A stretch of DNA of 63,328 nt from positions 1-63,328 of the forward strand of contig CAZVIJ010000004.1 of the NCBI GenBank assembly GCA_964626735.1. The letters run 5' to 3'. The notes beneath the pieces were generated by a model that made no database searches, was not told where the DNA came from, and saw nothing but the letters and a program-made list of their open reading frames with translations. This DNA is from an uncultured Candidatus Saccharibacteria bacterium. GTDB taxonomy: Bacteria; Patescibacteriota; Dojkabacteria; JAOAGR01. The translations under genes were made by a program, and so were the position numbers. Below, in pieces: positions 52,729 to 62,210 of this stretch. The stretch's first letter is position 1; every line of letters starts with the position of its first letter.

Positions 52729-53337
52729 ATGGTTTCTAAAATAAAGCCCCAGATCTCGGATTACCTCGAAAATCTTGTACGTCCTTTCGCATACCGTGTG
52801 AATCCTGATATATTTTCATACTTGCTCATCGTATGCTCGTTCATTACGTTCTACTTATTTGCGACGGCAAATTATCTGTGGGCTGTCTTGAGCCTTATTT
52901 TAGGACTATTAGACACATTTGACGGGGTATTTGCCCGTGCTGGCAATAGGACATCGAAGTGGGGGGCGTATTTAGATGCCGTGATTGACCGTGTCAGCGA
53001 GGCGCTTATATATATAGGTATCATCGCATCGGGTGCGATTCGGCCCGAGATTGGCGCCTTAGCGCTTGCGGGAAGCTTGTTGGTGAGCTACTCGAAAGCG
53101 AAAGCAGAAGGCGCGCTCGGCGAGTCGAGCGTAGGCTTGAATCAGCTTTCAATCGGTATCGCTGAACGTGCAGAGCGTATAGTACTGATCGGCGTGTTTG
53201 GCTTTTTCTATTATTTGAATCCGCTACCGTTCAAAGGTATCAATATTCTCGAGATTGGCATGGCTATTATCTCGTTACTTTGCGGTATAACAATTTCCAT
53301 GAGGATGTATAAGGCTTATAGCCTATTACATAAATGA
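52729..53337 (+). CDS. CDP-alcohol phosphatidyltransferase family protein
   Basis: LDTFDGVFARAGNRTSKWGAYLDAVIDRVSE matches D-x2-DG-x2-AR-x8-G-x3-D-x3-D. The start is taken at ATG 52729, just after the upstream stop. Confidence 0.75.
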   Translation: MVSKIKPQISDYLENLVRPFAYRVNPDIFSYLLIVCSFITFYLFATANYLWAVLSLILGLLDTFDGVFARAGNRTSKWGAYLDAVIDRVSEALIYIGIIASGAIRPEIGALALAGSLLVSYSKAKAEGALGESSVGLNQLSIGIAERAERIVLIGVFGFFYYLNPLPFKGINILEIGMAIISLLCGITISMRMYKAYSLLHK

Positions 53338-53459
53338 CTATCGCGTGATATAATCCGCCCAGAGCGCCCATAGGTGATAAATATAAGCTGTTACCTTGTC
53401 CGCCTTTAATTAAGGATATGCCCATCAAGGCGTATTCCCCTCTATAGTAGAAAATTAAG

Positions 53460-54746
53460 ATGACTGCAGAAGCTAAACCAAAAGTCAGCATCGTTGGTCT
53501 GGGATACGTAGGCTTGCCACTTGCACTTCTCGCCAGCAGGAAAGGATACGATGTTACAGGAATCGACCTGAGCACCGACAAAGTCCAAAAGATTAACCAA
53601 AGAATCTCACCGTTCAAGGAAGACTCTATACTGGAGGATCTTAAGGTTACGACCATGGTCGCAACTTCCGATTTCAGCTCAGTACGGGAATCGGATATCA
53701 TCATTATTTGCGTTCCTACCCCCGTTGACGAGATGCGCATGCCCGACTACGGACCCGTTGAGGGCGCATGCAGGAATATCGCTCCGTATATGAAGAAGGG
53801 GCAGCTCATCGTTTTGGAATCGACGGTGAACCCAGGAGTATGCGAGGAAATCGTTATGCCGCTTTTGGAAAAGGAAACCGGCATGCAATGCGGAACTGAC
53901 TTCTATTTGGCTCATTGCCCAGAGCGAATCGATCCGGGTAACCCCAAATGGACGGTCGATAATATCAACCGCGTCGTCGGCTCGAACGATGAAGTTGGGC
54001 TCGAGAAAGCTTATAACTTTTATTCATCAATTATTTCGGGTACGGTCAAGAAGATGGGCTCTCTGAAAGAGGCAGAGGCCGTTAAGATCGTTGAGAACTG
54101 CTTCCGCGACGTTAATATCGCCTTCGTCAACGAGCTTGCTATGTCTTTCGAAAAGCTCGGAATCGATGTTAAGAACGTGCTCGAAGGAGCGGCAACCAAA
54201 CCGTTCGGTTTCATGATGTTTGCGCCATCCCGTGGTGTCGGTGGGCACTGCATCGCAGTCGATCCGTACTACCTTATCGAATACGCAAAGAAGAACGGCT
54301 TTACCCACGAATTTTTGAAGCTCGCCCGACAGATCAACAGCCATATGCCGGAATATACCGCGGAGCTTGTAATGAAAGGGCTAAACGAAAAGGGGATTCC
54401 GTTGAATGGCACCAAGGTCGCGGTACTCGGCTTGTCGTACAAGGCTAACATCGATGATACCCGCGAAAGCCCGTCGACGGAGATAATCCACGCGCTCAAG
54501 GAAAACGGCGCTGAAGTAGTCGTATTCGACCCGTACTTATTGAAGGAGTCCACGTCAGAAAATATCGATGAGGTCGTAGCCGGAGCCAAGGCAGTCGTCG
54601 TTGCAACCGGACACGATCAATTCAAGGAATTAACTCCGGATTACTTTATATCACATGGTGTGGAAGTAGTGGTTGACGGCATGAACGCCCTCGACAAGGT
54701 TGCCTACAAGTCCTCATCGCTTGTATTCAAAGGTATTGGACGATAA
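53460..54746 (+). CDS. Nucleotide-sugar 6-dehydrogenase (UDP-glucose / UDP-ManNAc dehydrogenase family)
   Basis: VSIVGLGYVGLPLAL Rossmann motif, GGHCI catalytic Cys (RGVGGHCIAVDP), and LGLSYKANIDDTRESP. Confidence 0.88.
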   Translation: MTAEAKPKVSIVGLGYVGLPLALLASRKGYDVTGIDLSTDKVQKINQRISPFKEDSILEDLKVTTMVATSDFSSVRESDIIIICVPTPVDEMRMPDYGPVEGACRNIAPYMKKGQLIVLESTVNPGVCEEIVMPLLEKETGMQCGTDFYLAHCPERIDPGNPKWTVDNINRVVGSNDEVGLEKAYNFYSSIISGTVKKMGSLKEAEAVKIVENCFRDVNIAFVNELAMSFEKLGIDVKNVLEGAATKPFGFMMFAPSRGVGGHCIAVDPYYLIEYAKKNGFTHEFLKLARQINSHMPEYTAELVMKGLNEKGIPLNGTKVAVLGLSYKANIDDTRESPSTEIIHALKENGAEVVVFDPYLLKESTSENIDEVVAGAKAVVVATGHDQFKELTPDYFISHGVEVVVDGMNALDKVAYKSSSLVFKGIGR

Positions 54747-54749
54747 TCT

Positions 54750-56099
54750 ATGCGAAAGAAACGGGATACATTCAAGTTCGTAACGCACCTCATCGTATTT
54801 TCGCTCCTTGTCGTTTTGACAGGTAAGGTCATTTTCAGCGATCTTACCAAGTCTGTACCGCTTTATGCGTACGGCATCATCGTTTCTTTCGTCACCCTGA
54901 ACGTTTTCTTTTTCACCTTCGTGAAGTACAAGGATCCGTACGAGCTGGCAAAGCTCCTTCCGGAAGATAAAAAGAAGAAGTTCTTCGTGACCTGCCTTGT
55001 TGCCGTCCATAACGAGGAAGATGTTATCGAATCGTGCATACAGTCGGTGCTTAACCAAACGTATCCCTACAAGGAGATTATTTTCATCGACGACAAAAGC
55101 ACTGATCGGACGCTCGAGAAGATGATGCCGTATGCTGAGAAGGGGCTCATCAAGGTTATCGCGTTGGAAAAAAACGTAATGAAGAAACGGGCACTCGGCG
55201 CAGGCATGCTTCAAGCAAAAGGCGATATCTACGCATTCTCCGACAGCGACTCGGTTTGGGCTCCGGATGCGCTCGAAAAATGCGTCGAAATTTTCAATCT
55301 CGATGAGAATATCGGCGCGGTCAGCGGCCATTGCAGGGCATTGAATGGAGACTTGAACATCTGGACGAAAGTGCAAGATTCCTGGTACGAAGGCCAGTTC
55401 TCAATCAGGAAAGCGTTCGAGAGCATTTTCGGTGCAGTAACATGCGTATCGGGTCCGCTCGCTGTTTTCAGGAAAGAGGCTATCTACAACTACATCCCGG
55501 CTTGGGAAAACGACCAGTTCTTAGGGCAAGAATTCAAGTTTGCAACCGATCGCACGCTTACCGGTTTCGTACTTGGCAGCAAGCAGATAGAGAAGAAGCT
55601 TAAGGAAAAGTACAAAGATTCCCCGTTTGTTACCTCGGTCAATTATCCCGCCCGCACTTGGAAGATCGTCTACTGCAAGTCCGCAAAGGCATGGACTAAC
55701 GTACCGGATTCTTTCAAGAGGATCATGAAGCAGCAAATCCGATGGAAGAAAAGCTTCATCAGGAACATGTGCTTTACCGGAACATTTTACTGGAGAAGGC
55801 CGCTGCTTCCCGCGTTCAATTACTACGCGCATATCATTTTCGTCTGGGCTGGCCCCCTTATATCTTTCAGGCATTTGGTATACATTCCTCTTAAGGGAGA
55901 TTGGCTTTCTGCGATTCTCTATCTTGCGGGCATCGTATTCGTTGGGTTCATGTTTGGCCTCGCCTTCAAGCTTGAGAATCGAGACAGCCACAAGTGGATT
56001 TATCGACCGCTGATGAGCCTCTTTTCTACGTTGGTTCTTTCCTGGGTTATCTACTACAGTGCGGCTACCGTTAAAAAAATGATATGGGCAAGAGCTTAA
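54750..56099 (+). CDS. Processive family-2 glycosyltransferase, HasA/NodC-like membrane-embedded synthase
   Basis: VAVHNEEDVIESCIQSVLNQTYPYKEIIFIDDKSTD, FSDSDSVW (DxD), VSGPLAVFRKE, ATDRTLT, and QQIRWKKSF (QxxRW, 55731-55745). TM segments lie at both ends. Confidence 0.8.
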   Translation: MRKKRDTFKFVTHLIVFSLLVVLTGKVIFSDLTKSVPLYAYGIIVSFVTLNVFFFTFVKYKDPYELAKLLPEDKKKKFFVTCLVAVHNEEDVIESCIQSVLNQTYPYKEIIFIDDKSTDRTLEKMMPYAEKGLIKVIALEKNVMKKRALGAGMLQAKGDIYAFSDSDSVWAPDALEKCVEIFNLDENIGAVSGHCRALNGDLNIWTKVQDSWYEGQFSIRKAFESIFGAVTCVSGPLAVFRKEAIYNYIPAWENDQFLGQEFKFATDRTLTGFVLGSKQIEKKLKEKYKDSPFVTSVNYPARTWKIVYCKSAKAWTNVPDSFKRIMKQQIRWKKSFIRNMCFTGTFYWRRPLLPAFNYYAHIIFVWAGPLISFRHLVYIPLKGDWLSAILYLAGIVFVGFMFGLAFKLENRDSHKWIYRPLMSLFSTLVLSWVIYYSAATVKKMIWARA

Positions 56100-59000
56100 T
56101 CAAAATTGCAGAGCGTGCCGTCTTCGTCGTTATATTCTTGCTTTTCGGCATGTTGGTCGTTAAATACTACAACCTCGGGCATGCGGTTAAGAAAAAAATC
56201 GGACTTGAACAACCGAAGGTAACGACGAAAGTCGACACCACAACCGCCGAATACAAAATACAGCTGAAAGATCCCACATGCTCGGGCGATATGGTTGAGA
56301 TCCGGGTAAAGGGCGGCGTCCTCTGCAGGGAGAATGCCGAGGCTTCAAGCTGGCTCAATATCTACGATACCTATCCGAAAAGCGTCGGAGGAAAAGAAAT
56401 CGTTTACGACTTCCTCGCACAAGGTTCGAAAGAAGATGCCGATAAGATCGTTAACAATGTATATCCGGTCGAGCGGTACAAGGATGCGACATTCCCGGAA
56501 AAACTGACCTGGACTGAAGATCCCTATAACGACCGCTATTGGCGATTCATATTCTATAGCCTTCGTCCCACAAGAAACCTGCTGTATGCGGGAATGAATA
56601 CCAACAATCCCGTCTACTACCAGAAGCTCGAAAGCATCGTCAACAGCTTTATTGACGAAGGCATGAGCAAGCCGAATGCATGGAGCGATTACCATGGCGT
56701 GGCTTTCCGTACGATGGTGCTCACTAACACGTGGTGGAAGCTACGGGAGCGCAATTTGCTCAGCGCGGACGAGAGCACGAGGATCTTAAAGGCGCTTAAG
56801 GTACACGGCGATTTCCTCGCAGATACCAACCACTACGAGCCAAGCCACAATCATGGCGTAAACGAGGCGACAGCGCTACTCCTATTGGGTATCAATTTTC
56901 CTGATCTGCCGAATTCGAACGAATGGGTGAGGCTCGGCAAAGAGCGCTTGGATATCAGCTTAGTCAATTTGGTAGATGAAGACGGCGTATTGATCGAAAA
57001 CTCTCCGTATTACCAGTTCTATACGCTGGAAGCGTACTGGAACATCTACAACTACTCGAAACGGTACAATGTTACGATCAGCGACCATTTCGAAGCGACG
57101 GTCGGGAAAATGATCAATTACTCGACGTACGTCTTGCAGCCAGATCTTGAAGTTCCTTTGTTGGGGGCATCCCTTGAAAGAAAAATTAACCTAAGCCCGG
57201 CATACAAGCAGATGGGCGAGGTAGACCCGGAATTCCTGTATATCCTCAGCCAAGGAAAGCAGGGCAAGGAACCTAAGGAAAAGAGCATAAATTTTCCGTA
57301 TGCGGGCCAGACAGTACTCCGTTCCGGATGGGGACAGGCGGAAGATTTCAAAAACCAGACGTACGTGCTTTTCGATTACGGTCCATACCGTACGAAGCAC
57401 TCCGATTACGATGCCTTGGCTTTTTCGTTGTATAGCAGGGGAAAAAGCCTAATTCCCGATCCTGGACTCTACACGTACGTCGAAGGCGAATACAAGAATT
57501 ACTTCCAGTCGACTGCGGCTCACAATACGGTTACCGTCGACAATAAGGACCAAATCAAGGGAATCGGATACGGGGGAACATTCTACCAGGGGGAAGACTA
57601 CGCATACCAAACGGCACAGCACAACCTCTATAAGGATGTAACGCATCAGCGAGCGATTTCATTAATCGGCCAAGATTACGTACTGATCGTAGACAATATG
57701 AAATCAATCTCTTCCCATCAGTACGACCAGCATTTCAATATCAACCCGGGAGCGAAGGTTACCGTGGACGGTACGACCGTTACCGCATCGAATGAAGATC
57801 CCAACCAAACGGTTACGATACGGCAGTATGAAATTGACGGTATGACGGTGGGCACGGCGATCGGCCAAAAGAATCCGATCAAGGGCTTCTGCTCCGAAAA
57901 GTATAACGAGTTGATACCGTGCTATTCGGTTACCTATACGAAGAAGGCTGAAGATACGAGGTTCGTAACGCTCCTCGAACTGGGCGAGCATGTTCGGGCT
58001 CCGAAAGTCTCGTATAACAAGGATAACGATATCTTCACGATCAAGGTCGGTTCGAAAGATTACAATATCAACGTCAGTTTGAGCGTCGACGAAAAGAAAA
58101 AAATCGACATAAAGAACACTCCGCTCAATCCAATTAACGGAACCGTTATCGAAGCGTTCCAAAACGCTGACGATTGGACCGTGCGTAATCCGCAGCTGAA
58201 GGCAGACGGGGTCGTTTACGCCGACAGGAACGACTACGTTTCTGGAAGACAGTCGCTCGTAGTTTCTTCCTATACCCAAGGTGTCAATACGACGCCATCC
58301 GTGGTAGCAGAAAAAGCGTTGAGGCAAAACCTCACGGGCAAAAACCTTCTATTGAAAATGAAGGCGGAGAATATCCAAAACTCAAGCGAGGTTGAGATGT
58401 CGCTTTCATCAAACAACTGGAAAGGTTACGCTACGATCAATTTGAGAGACTCGTTTAGGCCGGAATACCAAGGAGATTGGGATACCATCAGCTTAGGTCG
58501 TGGCTCGGCTCGTGCGGCATCAGACGGAGGATGGCGAATTTACGGAGATGGATTCGATTGGTCGAATATCGACCGCATCCGGTTTAAAGTAAGCTCGTAC
58601 GCAGGTGAAAAAGTCGTGCTCCATGTGAACGAGTTGGCGACGATCCCGGATCAGCAGCAAGGAAACGTCGTGATCGTGTTCGACGACGGGTACGATTCCA
58701 TAATCCCAGCGGCAGATGTTATGAAGAAATACAATATACGGGGCAATGTAGCGGTAATCGGTTCAAACTCGCTCGGTACCGAAGTCGGTTATCTGTCCCT
58801 TCAGGAGCTCCAGAAGCTGCAGAACGAGTACGGTTGGAATATGGCAAACCACTCGTGGAGCCATAAAAATGCCCTCGAATGGTATGCGCCTAAGAATAAC
58901 TACAGCGATCTGGAAGACGATATCGTTAAGGGAGCCGAGTATCTTATCGAAAACAAGATCAATACCGCCCCCAACTGGTACATTTACCCGAACGGTGCGA

Positions 59001-59575
59001 ATAATACCAAGATAAAAGAAATCGTCGCGAAGTACTATAAGTTCGCTCGCACAACCCAACAGCAAGTCGAGGTATACCCGTTTGGCGATCCGCTTCGGGT
59101 CAAGAATTACCTGGTACAGAACAATACGCCTACCAACGCGGTTCAGAAAGCGATCGACGACGCGAAGAATTACAAGCAGACGCTCTTCTTGACCTTCCAT
59201 CGAATCCATTCGACTTCCTCCGATAAATCCGGTTTCGAGATATCCTCATTCGAGGAAATCATGAAATATCTATCTGCGCAGCAAATGCCGGTAAAGACAT
59301 TGTCGGAACTAGACGTCGATAACGGGGTGCCGCTCAACGAGCTTACGATATCGCATAATCCGCAGCAGCTTCTCTTGTCGGTAAAGGTGGTCGACCACAG
59401 CTTGCCCGCTGTAGTCAAACAATACTATGATAAAGTGCTTGATATGAAGCGATTGAATGTAATCGTCATGATTCTCAGCGGTATTATGGTAGTGCTCTTC
59501 ATTCGAGTACTCCATCTGAGAAGAAGGGTTACAGCGAATGAGCTAACGAATCGTACTGTGCGCGAGAAGAGGTAA
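56084..59575 (+). CDS. Fusion protein: heparinase II/III-like (polysaccharide lyase-like) domain, a beta-sandwich domain, a CE4 polysaccharide deacetylase, and a C-terminal TM segment
   Basis: N-terminal TM segment. SHNHGVNEATALLLLG, DGVLIENSPYYQFY, HSDYDALAFSLYSRGKSLIPDPGLYTY and STAAHNTVTVDNKDQ form the heparinase II/III pattern. VVIVFDDGYDS and ANHSWSH are the NodB/CE4 metal motifs. The C-terminal TM segment is VIVMILSGIMVVLFI. Confidence 0.75.
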   Translation: MGKSLIKIAERAVFVVIFLLFGMLVVKYYNLGHAVKKKIGLEQPKVTTKVDTTTAEYKIQLKDPTCSGDMVEIRVKGGVLCRENAEASSWLNIYDTYPKSVGGKEIVYDFLAQGSKEDADKIVNNVYPVERYKDATFPEKLTWTEDPYNDRYWRFIFYSLRPTRNLLYAGMNTNNPVYYQKLESIVNSFIDEGMSKPNAWSDYHGVAFRTMVLTNTWWKLRERNLLSADESTRILKALKVHGDFLADTNHYEPSHNHGVNEATALLLLGINFPDLPNSNEWVRLGKERLDISLVNLVDEDGVLIENSPYYQFYTLEAYWNIYNYSKRYNVTISDHFEATVGKMINYSTYVLQPDLEVPLLGASLERKINLSPAYKQMGEVDPEFLYILSQGKQGKEPKEKSINFPYAGQTVLRSGWGQAEDFKNQTYVLFDYGPYRTKHSDYDALAFSLYSRGKSLIPDPGLYTYVEGEYKNYFQSTAAHNTVTVDNKDQIKGIGYGGTFYQGEDYAYQTAQHNLYKDVTHQRAISLIGQDYVLIVDNMKSISSHQYDQHFNINPGAKVTVDGTTVTASNEDPNQTVTIRQYEIDGMTVGTAIGQKNPIKGFCSEKYNELIPCYSVTYTKKAEDTRFVTLLELGEHVRAPKVSYNKDNDIFTIKVGSKDYNINVSLSVDEKKKIDIKNTPLNPINGTVIEAFQNADDWTVRNPQLKADGVVYADRNDYVSGRQSLVVSSYTQGVNTTPSVVAEKALRQNLTGKNLLLKMKAENIQNSSEVEMSLSSNNWKGYATINLRDSFRPEYQGDWDTISLGRGSARAASDGGWRIYGDGFDWSNIDRIRFKVSSYAGEKVVLHVNELATIPDQQQGNVVIVFDDGYDSIIPAADVMKKYNIRGNVAVIGSNSLGTEVGYLSLQELQKLQNEYGWNMANHSWSHKNALEWYAPKNNYSDLEDDIVKGAEYLIENKINTAPNWYIYPNGANNTKIKEIVAKYYKFARTTQQQVEVYPFGDPLRVKNYLVQNNTPTNAVQKAIDDAKNYKQTLFLTFHRIHSTSSDKSGFEISSFEEIMKYLSAQQMPVKTLSELDVDNGVPLNELTISHNPQQLLLSVKVVDHSLPAVVKQYYDKVLDMKRLNVIVMILSGIMVVLFIRVLHLRRRVTANELTNRTVREKR

Positions 59576-59642
59576 AGCGAAAGCGCCAGGAAGATATAGT
59601 AATTTCAAATTTACTTATAATCAGATACAATCATCTGTCCGT

Positions 59643-61031
59643 ATGCAAAAGAGCGTTAAGAAGTCTAAACTTCCACTTTTACTAGGTATCGTCCTTATTA
59701 TTCTTGCTTCCATATCCGCAGCGTATCTCAAGCGGTGCGATCTGAGACTTGTCCAGTGCTCCTCGCCAACCGTCAAGAAGGCAGAGGAACCGACTGCTGT
59801 ACGAACCGAAACTACTTCCTCGTCGTTTAAGGAAAACGTCATCGATACGTTCCAGGACGAAAGCTCATGGAAGACTACCGACAAGAACAAGCAGGACAAT
59901 AAAATTACAGTCGATACGAACGACCATAGCTTTGGGAAGCAAAGCATGGTACTTAATTCCTACACGAAGCCGCTGAAGTCTACCGATGCTACGACCGAGC
60001 CGGTTATGATCGAAAAGATGGGGCCGATAGATTTATCGGCGAGTACCTTGCTTTTGACGTTCAAGGTTGAAAACGTTAAGAACGCTAAGGATCTTTCCAT
60101 ATACTTCTCGAACGATAACTGGAAAAGCTCCGCCGCAATTGATTTACGAAGTTCATACCGACCAGAGTTTGATGGTGAATGGATTACCTCAAATTTCGGG
60201 AAAGGTATGAAGCGGGAAAACGAAGGGTACTGGCGCGTAACAAGCGATTCATTCGATTGGGGTAAAATAGACGGCGTGCGTTTTAAAGTTAGCTCGTATG
60301 CGAATGAGAGCGTCAAGCTTAAGCTCAATAAAATGTTCTCGTACGATGCGCCGAAAGAAGGTAAGATTATCATCGTTTTCGATGACGGCTACCAATCGAT
60401 CAAGCCTGCGACGGAAACGATGATCCGTCTTGGATTGAAAGGAAACGTTGGGGTAATCGGCCAACGCGTCGAAGAAGGTTCCAAGGGATACTTGACGATG
60501 GACCAACTGAAGGATTTGCAGAATAATGCAGGCTGGAACCTGGTGAACCACTCGTACTTCCATAAAAACGGCTTGGAGGAATATGCATCCAAAAACAGGT
60601 TTGACGATTACGAGCAAGATATTTTGCGAGGGAGAGACTTCCTTGCGGAAAACAACATGAACTCTGCGCCACATTGGTATATTTTCCCCAATGGCGCGAA
60701 TAACGCGAAGTTACGTGAGATTATCGGCAAGTACTACAAATTTGCGCGAACATCAGCAGCGCAGCCAGAAAGCTACCCTTTCGGAAACCCGTTAATGGTT
60801 AAGACCTACGCGGTGGAGAATGTCACTCCCGTCGCAAGCGTGCAAGCAACTATCGACGATACGAAGGCATATCATTTGACGACATTCCTCACGTTCCACC
60901 GAATTTTGTCGACGCCCGATGACCCTCCCGGATACCCGATTGCCGATTTCAATAAGATTATGGAGTACATTGCATCGCAGAATGTGAAGGTCGTAACGCT
61001 CGGCGAATTTGACAAGGAAAACGGACTATAA
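59643..61031 (+). CDS. Membrane-anchored CE4 polysaccharide deacetylase, a paralogue of the C-terminal half of the preceding gene
   Basis: IIIVFDDGYQS, VNHSYFH and IDGVRFKVSSYANESVKL, compared with IDRIRFKVSSYAGEKVVL in the upstream protein. Confidence 0.75.
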   Translation: MQKSVKKSKLPLLLGIVLIILASISAAYLKRCDLRLVQCSSPTVKKAEEPTAVRTETTSSSFKENVIDTFQDESSWKTTDKNKQDNKITVDTNDHSFGKQSMVLNSYTKPLKSTDATTEPVMIEKMGPIDLSASTLLLTFKVENVKNAKDLSIYFSNDNWKSSAAIDLRSSYRPEFDGEWITSNFGKGMKRENEGYWRVTSDSFDWGKIDGVRFKVSSYANESVKLKLNKMFSYDAPKEGKIIIVFDDGYQSIKPATETMIRLGLKGNVGVIGQRVEEGSKGYLTMDQLKDLQNNAGWNLVNHSYFHKNGLEEYASKNRFDDYEQDILRGRDFLAENNMNSAPHWYIFPNGANNAKLREIIGKYYKFARTSAAQPESYPFGNPLMVKTYAVENVTPVASVQATIDDTKAYHLTTFLTFHRILSTPDDPPGYPIADFNKIMEYIASQNVKVVTLGEFDKENGL

Positions 61032-61051
61032 TTTAATGGTGGGTATACATC

Positions 61052-62203
61052 ATGCCCAAAAGACTAATACCGGTAGGTATTTTTCTGGTCTCGACGGTGG
61101 CAATATTGAGCACACTAACCTCAACAGTACAAAAAAGTACGTTACCGAATAGCTTGGCGTACGTGGAAAGAAATCAAAACACGCACGCATCCGACGCAGA
61201 AATCACTGATATACCTCAAACCAATGGAGGACTCGATGGACTTAATAAGTTTATCGATAAGGTCAATGCATCGCCGACAAAATCGGCGACTCCGACGAAG
61301 AAGCCGAATACCAAGAATAATCCCGTTGCCGACGCGAGCGATCCCGATGCTGTCGATGGAGTGCCAGGCGCAAACGCGCAGCCTACCATTTCGAAACAGC
61401 GTCCAACGTTGCCTCCAAAAAAGGCCGATACTCCGATTCCTACGAAGAGCAATACGACACCGAAACCCTCATTTTCCGATAACTTCTCGAAATCGTACAC
61501 GCTCGAGGAGAATTCCCCGATGGAAGCAAGCTCCAGCCCTGATTGGTGGGTAAATTCCGGTGGCCGCATGTACATGAAGGACGGAGTCGCCAACAGTATT
61601 TTCGGAGAACTTCCAACAAACGACGTGTGGAGATTGGATTACAAAGATTATAGTCCGGTTGATACCGACCAGGGCTACCATCCGCAAAATCTTTTACGCT
61701 TTGTTCAGCGCGACAACTGGACCAATTTCAACCAAAGCGCCTACTATAAAATTTCAAAATACCATCTGAGCGAAAGCGACCACCGTGCCGAATCGAACGG
61801 TCTATTGCTATTCAATCGGTACGTCGACGGCTTCAATTTGTATTACGCAGGAATCCGCGTTGATGGAACGCTCATCATAAAGAAAAAGAAAAACGGCAAC
61901 TACTACACCATGGCTCAAAAGCAAGTCATTCCCGGTACCTGGAACCGCGACTCGAATCCGAATTTGCTTCCGCTCAACACGTGGATCGGACTGAAGACCA
62001 ACGTTACGACGCTCTCGGGCGGCAAAGTATCTGTTAAGCTATATTACGATATTGGCCGCAAAGGCAGTTGGACATTCGGCATGGAAGCAATCGACGACGG
62101 CAAATCGTATGGAGGCTCGTCGATTCTCAGCAAAGGACATGCCGGAATCAGGACGGATTTCATGGATGTCTCGTTTGATGACTACTCAATAACAGAACTA
62201 TAA
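61052..62203 (+). CDS. Secreted protein with a Pro/Thr/Lys-rich linker and a ConA-like (LamG/glucanase-fold-like) C-terminal domain
   Basis: Signal/TM segment PVGIFLVSTVAILSTL. The C-terminus KGHAGIRTDFMDVSFDDYSITEL resembles LamG/DUF1080-type beta-sandwiches, as I recall them. Confidence 0.45.
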   Translation: MPKRLIPVGIFLVSTVAILSTLTSTVQKSTLPNSLAYVERNQNTHASDAEITDIPQTNGGLDGLNKFIDKVNASPTKSATPTKKPNTKNNPVADASDPDAVDGVPGANAQPTISKQRPTLPPKKADTPIPTKSNTTPKPSFSDNFSKSYTLEENSPMEASSSPDWWVNSGGRMYMKDGVANSIFGELPTNDVWRLDYKDYSPVDTDQGYHPQNLLRFVQRDNWTNFNQSAYYKISKYHLSESDHRAESNGLLLFNRYVDGFNLYYAGIRVDGTLIIKKKKNGNYYTMAQKQVIPGTWNRDSNPNLLPLNTWIGLKTNVTTLSGGKVSVKLYYDIGRKGSWTFGMEAIDDGKSYGGSSILSKGHAGIRTDFMDVSFDDYSITEL

Positions 62204-62210
62204 ATCCACC

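Noticed and set aside
53267-53740. 157-aa minus-strand ORF bridging the CDP-alcohol transferase and dehydrogenase genes
   Set aside because: It overlaps two confident plus-strand genes, including the Rossmann-motif region of the dehydrogenase. The intergenic portion alone is too short to code.
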